A stretch of DNA of 64,000 bases, taken from an uncultured Mycoplasmatota bacterium (lineage in GTDB: Bacteria; Bacillota_I; Bacilli_A; RF39; UBA660). The position numbers were made by a program, and so were the translations under genes. This document shows, one piece after another, positions 10,640 to 21,189 of the stretch. Position 1 is the stretch's first letter. The number at the start of each line of letters is the position of its first letter. The DNA lies in contig URVV01000002.1 in assembly GCA_900551455.1 (NCBI GenBank), positions 24,290-88,289 of the forward strand, given 5' to 3'. Under the pieces are notes generated by a model. That model made no database searches, was not told the DNA's origin, and saw only the letters and a program-made list of their open reading frames with translations.

Positions 10640-10792
10640 CTATAAAGTAATACAGTTAGTGTTTACTTTTTTTCTTTTATTATTTATTTATACAAATTAA
10701 CAAGAAGAGGATAAAAAATAAAAAGATATTGTTGATTTTACTAGAATTTTTGTGTATAATTAAATTGTATCATTTTAGGGAGAGTCGATATC

Positions 10793-12043
10793 ATGAAGAA
10801 AATATATACAAGTATTGATATTGGATCTGATACTGTTAAATTTTTAGTTGGAGAAGTAATTCACGATAAGGTATATGTACTTGCTAGTAATTCAATTAAG
10901 TCTAAAGGTATTAGAAAGGGGTTAATTGTTGACTCTAATTTGGTTGTTAATACTATTAAAGATGGTATTAAAAAAATAAATGAAGAGTTAGGATTTGATA
11001 TAAAGAAAGCTATCGTTAATGTTCCAGAATATAACGTTAAGTATATGTATGTTACAGGACGTATTAATGTTAATGGAATGATAGATACAGAAAAGGTTAA
11101 CAAGGTAATTAAGGATTCTGCTTATAATAAGATAGATAGAGATTATGAACTGGTTACAGTGGTTCCTCTTGAATTTATTTTAGATGATGAACAAAGTGTA
11201 GAATTTCCAGTTGGTAGAGAGTGTAAGACATTATCATTAAAGGGAATTATGATTACAGTTCCTAAGAAAAATGTTTACTCAGTTATTAGTGTAATGGAAG
11301 GAGCAGGACTTGAGATTGTTGACATTACTTTGTCTGGATTGGCAGATTATTATCAAGTTAGAACGCCAAAGCTAGATAATAAAGTTGGGGCAGTAGTTAA
11401 TTTAGGACACGAAACGGTGAATGTTTCAATAATTAATCACGGGAAATTAATGAATACTGAAACTATTCAATTAGGTGGAGTTAATATTGAAAATGATATT
11501 GCTTATGTTTTCGGTGTTAATATAATAGATGCTAGAAAGATTAAAGAGAGATTTGCTTCTTGCCATAAGAGATTTACTAATTTGAATGATGTATATGAAT
11601 TAGATAATAATATGGGAGAAAGAATTAAACTTAATCAACTTGAAGTTACTGAAGTTGTTATGAGTAGAGTAGTAGAGATACTTAATTATGCGAAAAAGCA
11701 GATTATGTTACTTACTAAAAAAGAAGTTCAATATATAGTTTTGACTGGTGGGCTTACAGAAATTAAATCTTTTAAAAATTTAGTATATGAAATTCTTGGA
11801 AAAGATGTTATAATATATTTAATGGAAGAAATAGGAATTAGAGATAACAAATATATTACTGCTATGGGAATGATTAAATATTTTAATGATAAGATGGCAG
11901 TAAGGGGGAAAGAATATTCTATGATAAGCCAAGATGATGAAATGTTATTGTTGACTCCAGAAGACAAGAGAAAAAAAGAGAAAGAAAAAGCGGTTGTTAC
12001 TAAGATGTTTAAAGGCTTTATTAGAAATAAGGAGGAAAAATAA
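10793..12043 (+). CDS. ftsA: Cell division protein FtsA
   Basis: Actin-like ATPase signature [14 protein letters not shown]...GIRKG and LTGG. It lies directly upstream of ftsZ, and its stop overlaps the ftsZ start. Confidence 0.9.
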   Translation: MKKIYTSIDIGSDTVKFLVGEVIHDKVYVLASNSIKSKGIRKGLIVDSNLVVNTIKDGIKKINEELGFDIKKAIVNVPEYNVKYMYVTGRINVNGMIDTEKVNKVIKDSAYNKIDRDYELVTVVPLEFILDDEQSVEFPVGRECKTLSLKGIMITVPKKNVYSVISVMEGAGLEIVDITLSGLADYYQVRTPKLDNKVGAVVNLGHETVNVSIINHGKLMNTETIQLGGVNIENDIAYVFGVNIIDARKIKERFASCHKRFTNLNDVYELDNNMGERIKLNQLEVTEVVMSRVVEILNYAKKQIMLLTKKEVQYIVLTGGLTEIKSFKNLVYEILGKDVIIYLMEEIGIRDNKYITAMGMIKYFNDKMAVRGKEYSMISQDDEMLLLTPEDKRKKEKEKAVVTKMFKGFIRNKEEK

Positions 12044-13122
12044 TGAATAATATGTTTGGTTTGGAAATGAATCAATTAGCTAAAATTAAAGTTGTAGGTA
12101 TTGGTGGTGGCGGTTGTAATGCTGTTAATCGTATGATTGATTCAGGTCTTAAAGGCGTTGATTTTATTGTAGCAAATACAGATTTGCAGGTTTTGAATGA
12201 TTCATTGGCACCAACTAAATTACAACTTGGTAGTAGCCTTACTGATGGACTTGGAGCTGGGGCGAATCCAGCTATTGGAAAGGAAGCAGCACTTGAGTCT
12301 AAAGATGAAATTGAAGAAGCATTAAAAGGCGCTGATATGGTGTTTGTTACTTGTGGTATGGGTGGTGGCACCGGTACTGGAGCATCTCCTATTGTTGCTG
12401 AAATTGCTCAAGATCTTGGAGCTTTAACAGTAGGTATTGTTACTAAACCATTTAGTTTTGAAGGCAAAAAAAGAATGGAACAAGCAATAGCTGGTCTTGA
12501 TGAATTAAAAAAACACGTAGATACATTGATAGTTATTCCAAATGACAAATTAAGAGAATTAATCGATAAATCTACACCAATGCTAGAGGCGTTTAGAGAA
12601 GTTGATAATGTATTGCATAGAGGAGTACAATCTATATCTGATTTGATAGCTATTACTGGTCTTGTTAACTTGGATTTTGCTGATGTTAAAGCAGTTATGA
12701 AAGATAGAGGTAATGCTTTGATAGGTATTGGTGTCGGTTCTGGAGAAAATAGAGCAGTAGAAGCTGCTAAACAAGCAGTATCTTCACCACTTCTTGAAAC
12801 TTCAATTAATGGAGCTACAGATGCAATTATCAATGTTACTGGTGGCAGTTCACTAACTTTATTTGAGGTTGAAGAAGCTGCTGAGGTTATTAGAACAGCT
12901 GCAAATACTGATATTAATACAATTTTTGGTGCAGTTATTAATGAGAATTTAACAGATGAAGTCATTGTAACGGTTATAGCTACAGGTTTTGAAGAACCAA
13001 GTGAACCATTATATCATAGCTTTAATTCTACTAAACGTGAAGATATGTATAAAGATGACGATGATTATAACGAAAATGATTTAGATGTTCCTCCTTTTAT
13101 AAGGGATAGACAAGATTTTTAA
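12043..13122 (+). CDS. ftsZ: Cell division GTPase FtsZ
   Basis: The tubulin signature GGGTGTG is present, together with [17 protein letters not shown] and NTDLQVL. The C-terminal peptide is DLDVPPFIR. Confidence 0.97.
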   Translation: MNNMFGLEMNQLAKIKVVGIGGGGCNAVNRMIDSGLKGVDFIVANTDLQVLNDSLAPTKLQLGSSLTDGLGAGANPAIGKEAALESKDEIEEALKGADMVFVTCGMGGGTGTGASPIVAEIAQDLGALTVGIVTKPFSFEGKKRMEQAIAGLDELKKHVDTLIVIPNDKLRELIDKSTPMLEAFREVDNVLHRGVQSISDLIAITGLVNLDFADVKAVMKDRGNALIGIGVGSGENRAVEAAKQAVSSPLLETSINGATDAIINVTGGSSLTLFEVEEAAEVIRTAANTDINTIFGAVINENLTDEVIVTVIATGFEEPSEPLYHSFNSTKREDMYKDDDDYNENDLDVPPFIRDRQDF

Positions 13123-13135
13123 GATAAATAATGGA

Positions 13136-13157
13136 AGGAAATTAAATTTCCTTTTTA
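13136..13157 (+). terminator. Rho-independent terminator after ftsZ
   Basis: Stem AGGAAAT/ATTTCCT, loop TAA, then TTTT. Confidence 0.55.
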
Positions 13158-13196
13158 TTATTAAATGAATTTAAATATCAGAAGGATGAATGAGGT

Positions 13197-13874
13197 ATGA
13201 AGAAGAGAATTGTTGTTTTAATTGTTATAGTTATAATATTGTTATTTATATTAAACTATTATAATTTATTACCAAAAAAGAAATATACTGCTAAAGATTT
13301 TATGATAAATACTGTAGTGAGTAGAGTTGATTTTAATAATAATGGTGTGGATGATTATACGGATTTTCTTATTGGAGCAAAGAAAGATGTGAAGAATAAA
13401 CCAAAATATAGATCTAAATACTATAGTGGTGGATATCCAGGTGATAAGGAAGGCGTCTGTACGGATGTTATTTGGAGAGCGTTTAAGGAAGCAGGCTATT
13501 CACTTAAAGATATGATAGACAATGATATTGAAAAAAATCGATTGGATTATAATATTAAGATAATAGACAAGAATATTGATTTTAGAAGAGTAATTAATTT
13601 GAGAGTCTTTTTTGATAAATATGCAACAACTTTAACAAACGATATTTATGATATAGATGAGTGGATGCCTGGTGATATAGTAATATTTGGAAACAATAAG
13701 CATATAGGGATGGTGTCTGATTATCGAAATAAAAAAGGAATAGTATATATTATTCATAATGGGGGACAACCGGTTAGAGATGAAGATTATTTACCTAGAG
13801 CAGTAGTTACAAAACATTATAGATTTGATGCTTCGATAGTGAATAAAGATATTTTAGTTCGTTGGAATTCTTAG
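13197..13874 (+). CDS. DUF1287-family secreted/membrane-anchored protein
   Basis: N-terminal TM or signal segment. Conserved DUF1287-like blocks are YSGGYPGDKEGVCTDVIWRAFKEAGY and GDIVIF...HIGMVSD. Confidence 0.6.
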   Translation: MKKRIVVLIVIVIILLFILNYYNLLPKKKYTAKDFMINTVVSRVDFNNNGVDDYTDFLIGAKKDVKNKPKYRSKYYSGGYPGDKEGVCTDVIWRAFKEAGYSLKDMIDNDIEKNRLDYNIKIIDKNIDFRRVINLRVFFDKYATTLTNDIYDIDEWMPGDIVIFGNNKHIGMVSDYRNKKGIVYIIHNGGQPVRDEDYLPRAVVTKHYRFDASIVNKDILVRWNS

Positions 13875-13963
13875 GCTTTTACACATTTTAAAAAAATTAT
13901 TATTTACTTATAATTATTGACTTTAAAATAAAATATCTATATAATTATATTAAGGTGGTAAGA

Positions 13964-15154
13964 ATGAAAAGAAGATGTTTATTTTTATTAATGTTAGTTT
14001 TTTTATTGTTAGTACCTATTGTTAGAGTTGATGCGAAAACGTTACAGGATATGTACGATCAGTTAGCAGATTTGCAAGTTAAATATAACAATAGTAAAAA
14101 TAATGTTAAGCTTACACAAGATCAAATTAATAAGTTAAACAAGGAAATATCTAGTATTGAAAGTTCAATAGAACAAATTCGTGGAGAAATTAAGACTGCA
14201 GAGGCGGACATAGCAAAAAGTAAAGAAACAATTGAGTCAAAAAAGATTGAAACAGATGGGCTGATTCAGTTTTTACAGATATCAAACGGAGGAAATATTT
14301 ATTTAGAATATTTATTCGATGCGGAAAATTATACAGATTTTATTTATAGATATGAGGTTGTTAAGCAACTTACTAATTATAATTCGGATTTGATAGATGA
14401 ACTTGAACAGTTAATTTTAGACTTGCAAAAGAAAGAAAAAGAATTAAAAGAAAAAAATATTAAATTGGAGAATAATCGTAAGGAATTGACACAAAAAGTT
14501 AATACACTTAGTTATAGCTTGACTAATTTTCAATCTGAAGGTGTAGATTTGGCTGAAGATATCAATAATCTTAAAAAAGTTATTCAAGTTTATGCAGATA
14601 TGGGCTGTTCTAGAAATCAAGATATTGCTACTTGTACTACGTCAATTAATGCTTATGGTTGGAAGTATCCGTTAGCTAAGGGTTGTGTTACGAGTGAATT
14701 TACGCGTTCAATTAGAAATGATTGGAGTGGTGGTGGAGCTCACTACGCGATAGATTTGGATTGTGTTAGTGAAGGAACACCAATTTATGCAGCAGCTGAT
14801 GGAGTTATAGCTCGTATTGCTAATTATGAGACTTGTGGAGGAAATGCATTATATATAACTCATACGGTAAATGGAAAAAAATATACTACTGTATATATGC
14901 ATTTGTTAAAATATGCTGATTCTACATATGTTGGTAAAGTCGTAACAGATAAGACAGTTATTGGATATGTTGGTGGTTGGAGTACTTCTGCAGCACATGG
15001 CGGAAAAGATCGCTGTACTACGGGAACTCATTTGCATTTTGGAATTGCTGAGGGACATAATCCTTGGAATTTTAATCCTTATGCAATTAATCCAAGAGAA
15101 ATATTTGCTTTCCCTAAACTTGTTTATAATGGTGGAGGATATTTTTATAGATAA
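13964..15154 (+). CDS. M23-family peptidoglycan metalloendopeptidase with N-terminal coiled coil
   Basis: Signal peptide followed by a long heptad-like region. The C-terminal LytM motifs are HYAIDL, YMHL and GTHLHFGI. ATG 13964 follows an AAGGTGG SD. Confidence 0.8.
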   Translation: MKRRCLFLLMLVFLLLVPIVRVDAKTLQDMYDQLADLQVKYNNSKNNVKLTQDQINKLNKEISSIESSIEQIRGEIKTAEADIAKSKETIESKKIETDGLIQFLQISNGGNIYLEYLFDAENYTDFIYRYEVVKQLTNYNSDLIDELEQLILDLQKKEKELKEKNIKLENNRKELTQKVNTLSYSLTNFQSEGVDLAEDINNLKKVIQVYADMGCSRNQDIATCTTSINAYGWKYPLAKGCVTSEFTRSIRNDWSGGGAHYAIDLDCVSEGTPIYAAADGVIARIANYETCGGNALYITHTVNGKKYTTVYMHLLKYADSTYVGKVVTDKTVIGYVGGWSTSAAHGGKDRCTTGTHLHFGIAEGHNPWNFNPYAINPREIFAFPKLVYNGGGYFYR

Positions 15155-15158
15155 TAGT

Positions 15159-15186
15159 TGGGATCAATTACTGATCCCATTTTTTG
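15159..15186 (+). terminator. Rho-independent terminator after the M23 peptidase gene
   Basis: Stem TGGGATCA/TGATCCCA, 5-nt loop, then TTTTTT. Confidence 0.6.
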
Positions 15187-15200
15187 AAAGAAGGTAAATT

Positions 15201-17531
15201 ATGGATGGTTTAAACGAAAAAGATATAGAGTATAGAGTTAATAATCATTTAGTTAATAATGAAGATATTAAAAACTCTCGATCATTAAAAGAAATTGTTT
15301 TATCTAATACGATTACTTTATTTAATGTAATTCATTTGGTTTTATTTGTTTTAGTATTAACTACTGGATCTATAAAGAATGCAACCTTTATCTTTTCTAT
15401 CTTAATTAATACATTTATTAGTATTTATCAAGAAATAAAGGCAAAGATTATAGTTGATAAATTGAAAATCGCAACAGTATCTAAGATTAATGTAATAAGG
15501 AATGGTAAAAAAACTTCAATATTACCGGAGGAAATTGTACTTGATGATTTGTTATATTTAAATCAAGGTGATAGTTTGATTGTAGATGCTAAAATTGTTA
15601 AGTCTTCTAATCTTGAAGTTGATGAATCTATTATTACTGGCGAAAGTGATTCTATATTAAAAAAAGAAAATGATATGGTGATATCTGGTTCAATTGTTAC
15701 TTGCGGAACAGGATATGCTAAAGTTACTTCAATAAATAAAGATACATATGCTAATAACTTAATTAAGGAAGCAAGCAAAACTGTAGATGATTCTTCTTAT
15801 TTAATGAAAAATATTAATGCTATACTTAAAGTGGTTACGTTTCTTATTATTCCCGTTGGAGTACTTTTGTTTATTACACAATTCTTTCATAGTGGACAAT
15901 CATATTCCGAATCAATTTTATCTTCAGTAGCAGGTATTATTGGAATGATTCCGGATGGCTTGGTATTACTTACTTCAATATCTTTAACTGTTGGAGTTAT
16001 TAAAATGGCATCAAAAAAAGTTATTATTCAAAAGTTATCTGGTATTGAACTTTTAGCTTGCGTTGATACACTATGTTTAGATAAAACTGGTACTATTACC
16101 GATGGTAGTATGGATGTTGTTAATGTGCTATATGAAAATAGTGATAAAAATTATGTTAATGATATTATATCAAATATGATATATGAGGATGGAAATGCTA
16201 CGAATAATGCTTTGGTGAAGAAATTTAAGATTAAAAATAATAAAAAGGTTATTAATAAAATTCCATTTTCTTCAGCTAGAAAATATTCTTTAACTGAATT
16301 TGAAGATGAAAAATTTGCTTTGGGAGCATTAGAATATATTACTAATAAAAAAGTTACTGATTATAGTGATTTAAATAAATATATAGAAGAAGGATATCGT
16401 ATACTTACTCTTGTTTCTTGTGGAAAAGAATTTGATACTAAAAAGAATACAGTGTTAGCATTTATTATAATTAAAGATAATATACGTTCTAATGCTAAAG
16501 AAACTTTGGAATATTTTAAACAGCAAAAAGTTGATATTAAAATTATATCTGGGGATAATCCAATTACCGTTTCTAATATTTTAAGGCAATTAGATATAGA
16601 GGGATATGATAAATTTGTTGCGGGGGGAGATTTACCTAGTGATTATAATGAAATGATTAAAATTGTGGATAATTATACTATATTTGGTAGAGTAACACCT
16701 TATCAAAAACAAATGATAGTTAAGGCCTTAAAAGAAAAAAAGACTGTAGGCTATATTGGAGATGGTGTAAATGATATATTAGCTTTGAAAGAATCAGATT
16801 GTGGTATTGCTTTGGCAAGTGGTATTAGTGCGGCTCGTAGTGTATCAGAAGTAGTTTTGACTGACTCAGACTTCTCAGTGTTACCAAAAATTGTAGATGA
16901 AGGCAGACGTGTGGTTAATAATATTGAACGTGTGGCAAGTATGTATCTAATTAAAACAGTTTATTCATTTTTAATCTCTATATTGTGTATTATCTTGTCA
17001 CATGAGTATCCATTTTATCCGATTCAGTTATCTTTAATTGGTGCTATATGTGTAGGTATTCCTTCCTTCTTTTTAGCTATTGAACCAAATTATAATAAGG
17101 TTTCCAAAGGTTTTTTAGTTAAAGTTTTTAGAAATGCTTTACCAAGTGGTTTATGTGTGTTTATTAATATTTGGTTTTTAATAGCAATATCTTATATATT
17201 TAATATTGATTTTGAAAGTTTAAGATTCGTTGCGGTATGTGTTACAGGCTATTTAAATTTGAGATTACTTTATAATGTTAGTAAACCCCTTTCATTAATT
17301 AGAAAAATTTTAGTTTATACTTGTTTTATAGTATTTTACATTTTACTATTTATTTTAAAAGATTTCTTGTTAATTGAAAAGATTAATTTAAGATTATTAT
17401 TGTTTTCAATACTTATAATTTTATCTAACAGTTATATAACGGAGTTCTTAGAAGAGATATATGATAAAATTGTAATATTTATAAGGAAAAGAAAAGAAAA
17501 AAGGAATTTAAAGAGGAAAGTAGTAGGATAA
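15201..17531 (+). CDS. Cation-transporting P-type ATPase (HAD-IC type)
   Basis: TGES, the phosphorylation site CLDKTGTITDG, and the hinge GDGVNDILALKESD, flanked by multiple TM segments. Confidence 0.85.
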   Translation: MDGLNEKDIEYRVNNHLVNNEDIKNSRSLKEIVLSNTITLFNVIHLVLFVLVLTTGSIKNATFIFSILINTFISIYQEIKAKIIVDKLKIATVSKINVIRNGKKTSILPEEIVLDDLLYLNQGDSLIVDAKIVKSSNLEVDESIITGESDSILKKENDMVISGSIVTCGTGYAKVTSINKDTYANNLIKEASKTVDDSSYLMKNINAILKVVTFLIIPVGVLLFITQFFHSGQSYSESILSSVAGIIGMIPDGLVLLTSISLTVGVIKMASKKVIIQKLSGIELLACVDTLCLDKTGTITDGSMDVVNVLYENSDKNYVNDIISNMIYEDGNATNNALVKKFKIKNNKKVINKIPFSSARKYSLTEFEDEKFALGALEYITNKKVTDYSDLNKYIEEGYRILTLVSCGKEFDTKKNTVLAFIIIKDNIRSNAKETLEYFKQQKVDIKIISGDNPITVSNILRQLDIEGYDKFVAGGDLPSDYNEMIKIVDNYTIFGRVTPYQKQMIVKALKEKKTVGYIGDGVNDILALKESDCGIALASGISAARSVSEVVLTDSDFSVLPKIVDEGRRVVNNIERVASMYLIKTVYSFLISILCIILSHEYPFYPIQLSLIGAICVGIPSFFLAIEPNYNKVSKGFLVKVFRNALPSGLCVFINIWFLIAISYIFNIDFESLRFVAVCVTGYLNLRLLYNVSKPLSLIRKILVYTCFIVFYILLFILKDFLLIEKINLRLLLFSILIILSNSYITEFLEEIYDKIVIFIRKRKEKRNLKRKVVG

Positions 17532-17532
17532 T

Positions 17533-18417
17533 ATGTTAAAAAAGAACAATTTGTGGAGAATTATTTGGATAGTAGGTATTTATGGAGTATTAGTGCTTAT
17601 TTTGTATTTGATTATTAGTTATAAGGTGAAATGGGAAAATTTGGATTTAAATAAGTATTTGTATTTTTATGATTGTAGTCACCAATTATGTACTTCCAGT
17701 GTTTCACAAGAAAAATTTTATGGTAGGTTAATGTGTGCTAATGATACTTGTCCATTTATTAAAGAAAAAAAAGATAATATTTTAATAATGAGTAAAGATA
17801 ATGTAGAATTTTTATACGATTATATGGATGATAAGATAATTAATAATAATTATGTTAGTTATAGATTTGTAACAAATAATAATTATATTGTTCAAAGAGA
17901 AGATGGACGGCAAGGAGTAATTGATAGTACAGGAACAGCTTTGACAGATTTTAATTATTCATATATTAAGGATTATAAAAATGGTTATTTTTCTGTGATG
18001 GAAAATAATAAGTTTAAAATTATTAATAAAGATAAGGATATAGATACGGGATATTTATTCGATGATGTTGTATTAATAAATGATAATATTTATGCCTATA
18101 GTGATGATAATAAAACTACCTATCAAATAGCTAGTTATTCAACAAATAAGTCTGTTAATAATATTAAATATGATTATATATATGCTTTGGATAATTTAAT
18201 TTTAGTATTCTATAATAAGAGTATTGATATATTCGATGAAAACTTAAAATCAAAATTATTAATGCCAATTCGTACTTTTTATACATATCAAGAAGAGAAG
18301 GTGAGGGCTAGTTTAGATTTTAATATAAGTAATAGTGTTTTAAGTTTTACAGTATTTAATAATAGTAATACATATATGATATATAGATATGATTTAAAAA
18401 ACAATAAATTACTTTAG
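17533..18417 (+). CDS. Membrane-anchored hypothetical protein (WG-repeat-like beta repeats)
   Basis: N-terminal TM segment. The start is 2 nt after the ATPase stop. The repeat flavour (DGRQGVIDSTGTALTDFNYSYI) is only suggestive. Confidence 0.4.
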   Translation: MLKKNNLWRIIWIVGIYGVLVLILYLIISYKVKWENLDLNKYLYFYDCSHQLCTSSVSQEKFYGRLMCANDTCPFIKEKKDNILIMSKDNVEFLYDYMDDKIINNNYVSYRFVTNNNYIVQREDGRQGVIDSTGTALTDFNYSYIKDYKNGYFSVMENNKFKIINKDKDIDTGYLFDDVVLINDNIYAYSDDNKTTYQIASYSTNKSVNNIKYDYIYALDNLILVFYNKSIDIFDENLKSKLLMPIRTFYTYQEEKVRASLDFNISNSVLSFTVFNNSNTYMIYRYDLKNNKLL

Positions 18418-18435
18418 TAAAATTAAAGTTATTAA

Positions 18436-18470
18436 AAAGAATAGGGGACTTACTACCCTATTCTTTTTCT
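18436..18470. terminator. Bidirectional terminator between convergent genes
   Basis: Stem AAGAATAGGG/CCCTATTCTT with A-run and T-run flanks. It serves 17533..18417 (+) and the DUF1540 gene (-). Confidence 0.6.
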
Positions 18471-18622
18471 TTAAATGAATTACATATTGTTTCTTTTTTA
18501 GTGTTACAATTACATTTATCACAGGTACATGATACATCTATTTCTTCTAAATTACATTCATTTGTATCACTATTATTAAATTTACAATTTGTAACATCAC
18601 ATTTAATGTTTTGATTTGCCAT
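18458..18622 (-). CDS. DUF1540-family small cysteine-rich protein
   Basis: MANQNIKCDVTNCKFNNSDTNECNLEEIDVSC.CDKCNC matches the duplicated Cx4C..C DUF1540 pattern. ATG 18622 lies 5 nt after a GGAGG SD, and the longer track ORF start lacks an SD. Confidence 0.7.
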   Translation of the reverse strand: MANQNIKCDVTNCKFNNSDTNECNLEEIDVSCTCDKCNCNTKKETICNSFKEKE

Positions 18623-18675
18623 TTTTACCTCCATATTATTATTTTTAGGTAAAATTAAAAAAATATACATTTTAA

Positions 18676-18796
18676 ATTTGCATCGTCGGTTAATTACTAT
18701 TCATCTTTCAAATAGTTAATGCAAATTTGCAAAGAATGAATTTGCAAAATTTTAAATTAAATAATAGTGACAAAATGCTTTTTCAGATTTGCATCG
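18676..18796. promoter_or_regulatory. Array of ATTTGCA/TGCAAAT motifs upstream of the DUF1540 gene (candidate operator array)
   Basis: ATTTGCATCG occurs at 18676 and 18787. A perfect 12-bp palindrome TGCAAATTTGCA is at 18720-18731. ATTTGCAAAAT is at 18740. Confidence 0.4.
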
Positions 18797-19331
18797 AGGA
18801 ACTGAGATGTGAGTATTTGTTAAACTTAAGTTGTGCATTTTTGTATGGGAATATATAATTTTTTTGTTTGAGTATAAATATTTAAATGTGTATTTATAAT
18901 TTTGGATATGGAATGATGAATATATATTTATAATTGATATCAGATAGTATATTTTATTAATTATATTAATATTATATAGAATTGAAACAGTTATAATTTA
19001 TAGTTTTAAAAAATGCAGAAGTTAACATAATATATATTATAGGAACTTTAAAAAGACAAATAAATAGAGTATAAATTATTTTTTTATTTCTTTTTATATT
19101 AATTTTAAAAGAATCTATTTTATCATATTGATAAATTTTCTATTATATAAGATAGATATAAACTTATAATATAATTAAATTTTTTTAATTAAAAGCGAAC
19201 AAATATTCTTTTACTTTTGCGTTCTTATTTTAGTGTGTTACACTGCATATATACACCTACTCTCTCTTTGAAATATTGAAAAAGTCAAATAGAAGCACTC
19301 TTTTTTTGAGTGCTATAATACTTACTCTAGT

Positions 19332-19364
19332 AAGAGCAACGGCTTTGGCAGTTGCTCTTTTTTT
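19332..19364 (+). terminator. Orphan plus-strand Rho-independent terminator in a gene-free gap
   Basis: 9-bp stem AAGAGCAAC/GTTGCTCTT, 10-nt loop, 7 T. No plus-strand ORF lies upstream within 900 bp. Confidence 0.5.
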
Positions 19365-19420
19365 AATTATATCAAATTGAATAATGAATGTAAATTCATT
19401 ATATACATTTATATAGTAGA

Positions 19421-19447
19421 AAAAAACAAGTTATTATGCTTGTTTTT
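19421..19447 (-). terminator. Terminator after the HTH regulator gene
   Basis: Stem AAAAACAAG/CTTGTTTTT, immediately after the stop at 19448-19450. Confidence 0.55.
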
Positions 19448-20230
19448 CTAATTATATATACCACGTGATTGAATTTCGGCTATTTTATCGAAGACTTCAC
19501 TGGCATTATGTTCATTTATTTCGGTATATCCTAGTTCTTTAAGTGCTAAGACTTTTGCTGTATTTAATTCTTGGGTACGACTTAGTTTTTCTTCATTCTT
19601 TTTTGAAAGTTCATTTTCCCAGCGGCGGTGAGATTCAGTTAATTTTGTTCTTGAAGCTCCTCCGTTGTTATATAGAGTCATTGCAGAGTACATAATACTT
19701 TCAAAGACGAATTGTTGATCTTCTTCAAATTCATAGACAGTTGGTGGTGTAAATCCAGCAGCTTTTGATATGTAGGCAAGAATATATTTTGCTTCTTTGG
19801 TTTTGTTTACAGCCTGAATGAAATGATAGAAGTAACTTAATATTGTCAAACTGTTTTTTGTTTTATCTTCGTTTAACATTTCTTTAATAACAAAGAATAT
19901 ATCATTTATTAGATTTTGTTCTTCTGGACGTAAACCAGATAATTCAATTATTTCGTTCTTCTTAACAGTGTTTCTTTTTGAGTTAAATAATTTGTTACCA
20001 ACTTCTTGAATATATTCTTTAGTTAATTCAATATTTTTTAACTCTTCTTCATTTTTTACATTTAATAATGTAAATAGTGCCTGTGATTTATCATTAGATA
20101 ATTTTGATAAATCTTCGCCATCTAGATAGTTGTATACCATCTGTCTAGAGACACCTAAATATTTAGCTAAATTTACTTTAGATATATTTGCTTCTTTTAA
20201 GATAATATTAATTTTTTCGACGGTATTCAT
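19448..20230 (-). CDS. XRE-family helix-turn-helix DNA-binding protein with a long C-terminal domain of unknown function
   Basis: The N-terminal HTH reads ISKVNLAKYLGVSRQMVYNYLDG. ATG 20230 follows a GGAGGGTG SD. Confidence 0.65.
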   Translation of the reverse strand: MNTVEKINIILKEANISKVNLAKYLGVSRQMVYNYLDGEDLSKLSNDKSQALFTLLNVKNEEELKNIELTKEYIQEVGNKLFNSKRNTVKKNEIIELSGLRPEEQNLINDIFFVIKEMLNEDKTKNSLTILSYFYHFIQAVNKTKEAKYILAYISKAAGFTPPTVYEFEEDQQFVFESIMYSAMTLYNNGGASRTKLTESHRRWENELSKKNEEKLSRTQELNTAKVLALKELGYTEINEHNASEVFDKIAEIQSRGIYN

Positions 20231-20263
20231 ATTAAGTAACACCCTCCTACATATATAATTTTA

Positions 20264-21088
20264 TCATTTTACACTCATATTTGTCAAGTTATTGGAATTA
20301 TTTATTTTAACTTGTGATAGTGGTTCGCCACATTTTGTACAAAAATTATTCTCATATTCATTTTTGCTTTGACAATTTGGACAAAATAATTCTTTATTTT
20401 TTAAGTAATAATTCTTTTTTGATATATATTTTATTTTTCTGATACTATAGATATATATCCATAATATTGCAATTAGAAATATATATATAAAGATATTGGC
20501 TTGGGCGGAAATACAAAAGTCATAGATTGTGTGTGCTAAAGATGGTAATAAGATGCTTAGTATGAGATTCTTTTTTTCTAGTTTTTTATTATTTTTAATC
20601 TTGGCTTCTTTTGCAAGACCGAGATATCTTCCCATAATAATAGCATCGCAGGTGTGACCGGGAATGGCAAATATGGCTCTTAATAGTCCGGTAAGATATC
20701 CTGAGTCTAATACATAGAAGATATTTTCGAAGGCGGCAAAGCCTAAAGATACGCTTACGGCATAGACGATGGTATCATAGATTTGATTGAATTCTGGATT
20801 ATTATATGAGATTTTATACGTCATAAGCCATTTACAGATTTCTTCGATTAGAGCGACGTCTATAAAAATGAAGATAAATAATTCGGGTAAATTCATTAGA
20901 ATTTCATCTTTGAAGAATAATTCTATTATTAGTTCTAATATAATGGCGGGAATGCATGATAACATTCCGTAAATGAATAGTTTTATTAGAAGTCGTTTTG
21001 GTTCTTTATTGTTATCGTGCATATAGACATAATATCCGATTAAAAAGATTGGTAATATTGATATTAATAATAATATGATTACTCTCAT
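20264..21088 (-). CDS. PrsW-family intramembrane metalloprotease with C-terminal zinc ribbon
   Basis: The motifs EEICKW, FAAFENIFY and HTIYD lie within TM helices. The C-terminus has CPNC...CTKCG. Confidence 0.7.
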   Translation of the reverse strand: MRVIILLLISILPIFLIGYYVYMHDNNKEPKRLLIKLFIYGMLSCIPAIILELIIELFFKDEILMNLPELFIFIFIDVALIEEICKWLMTYKISYNNPEFNQIYDTIVYAVSVSLGFAAFENIFYVLDSGYLTGLLRAIFAIPGHTCDAIIMGRYLGLAKEAKIKNNKKLEKKNLILSILLPSLAHTIYDFCISAQANIFIYIFLIAILWIYIYSIRKIKYISKKNYYLKNKELFCPNCQSKNEYENNFCTKCGEPLSQVKINNSNNLTNMSVK

Positions 21089-21189
21089 TTGGGCACCTCT
21101 GTTTATACTATTATCATTGTAGCAAAGTATTTTTTTGATGTCAATTTATTAGTGATTAAAAGATTAAAATTAATAAAAAAAGACTTTAA

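Noticed and set aside
12072-12965. Two long minus-strand ORFs (12072..12371 and 12408..12965), plus 12583..12774, inside ftsZ
   Set aside because: They are antisense to the unambiguous ftsZ gene. Their products are low-complexity Ser/Ala/Pro/Thr-rich mirror translations with no SD or motifs, which is the typical shadow of a relatively GC-rich, highly expressed gene.
18666-18800. ATGCAAAT, the classic eukaryotic octamer motif, suggesting contamination or eukaryotic DNA
   Set aside because: The context is plainly bacterial: SD-led genes, intrinsic terminators, sporulation genes. The resemblance is coincidental. The motif is treated as a bacterial operator candidate instead.
19195-19226. CGAAC...GCGTTC, resembling halves of a LexA (Cheo) box
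   Set aside because: The half-sites are 20 nt apart instead of 4, and the second half is not the reverse complement (GTTCG). This is not a Cheo box.
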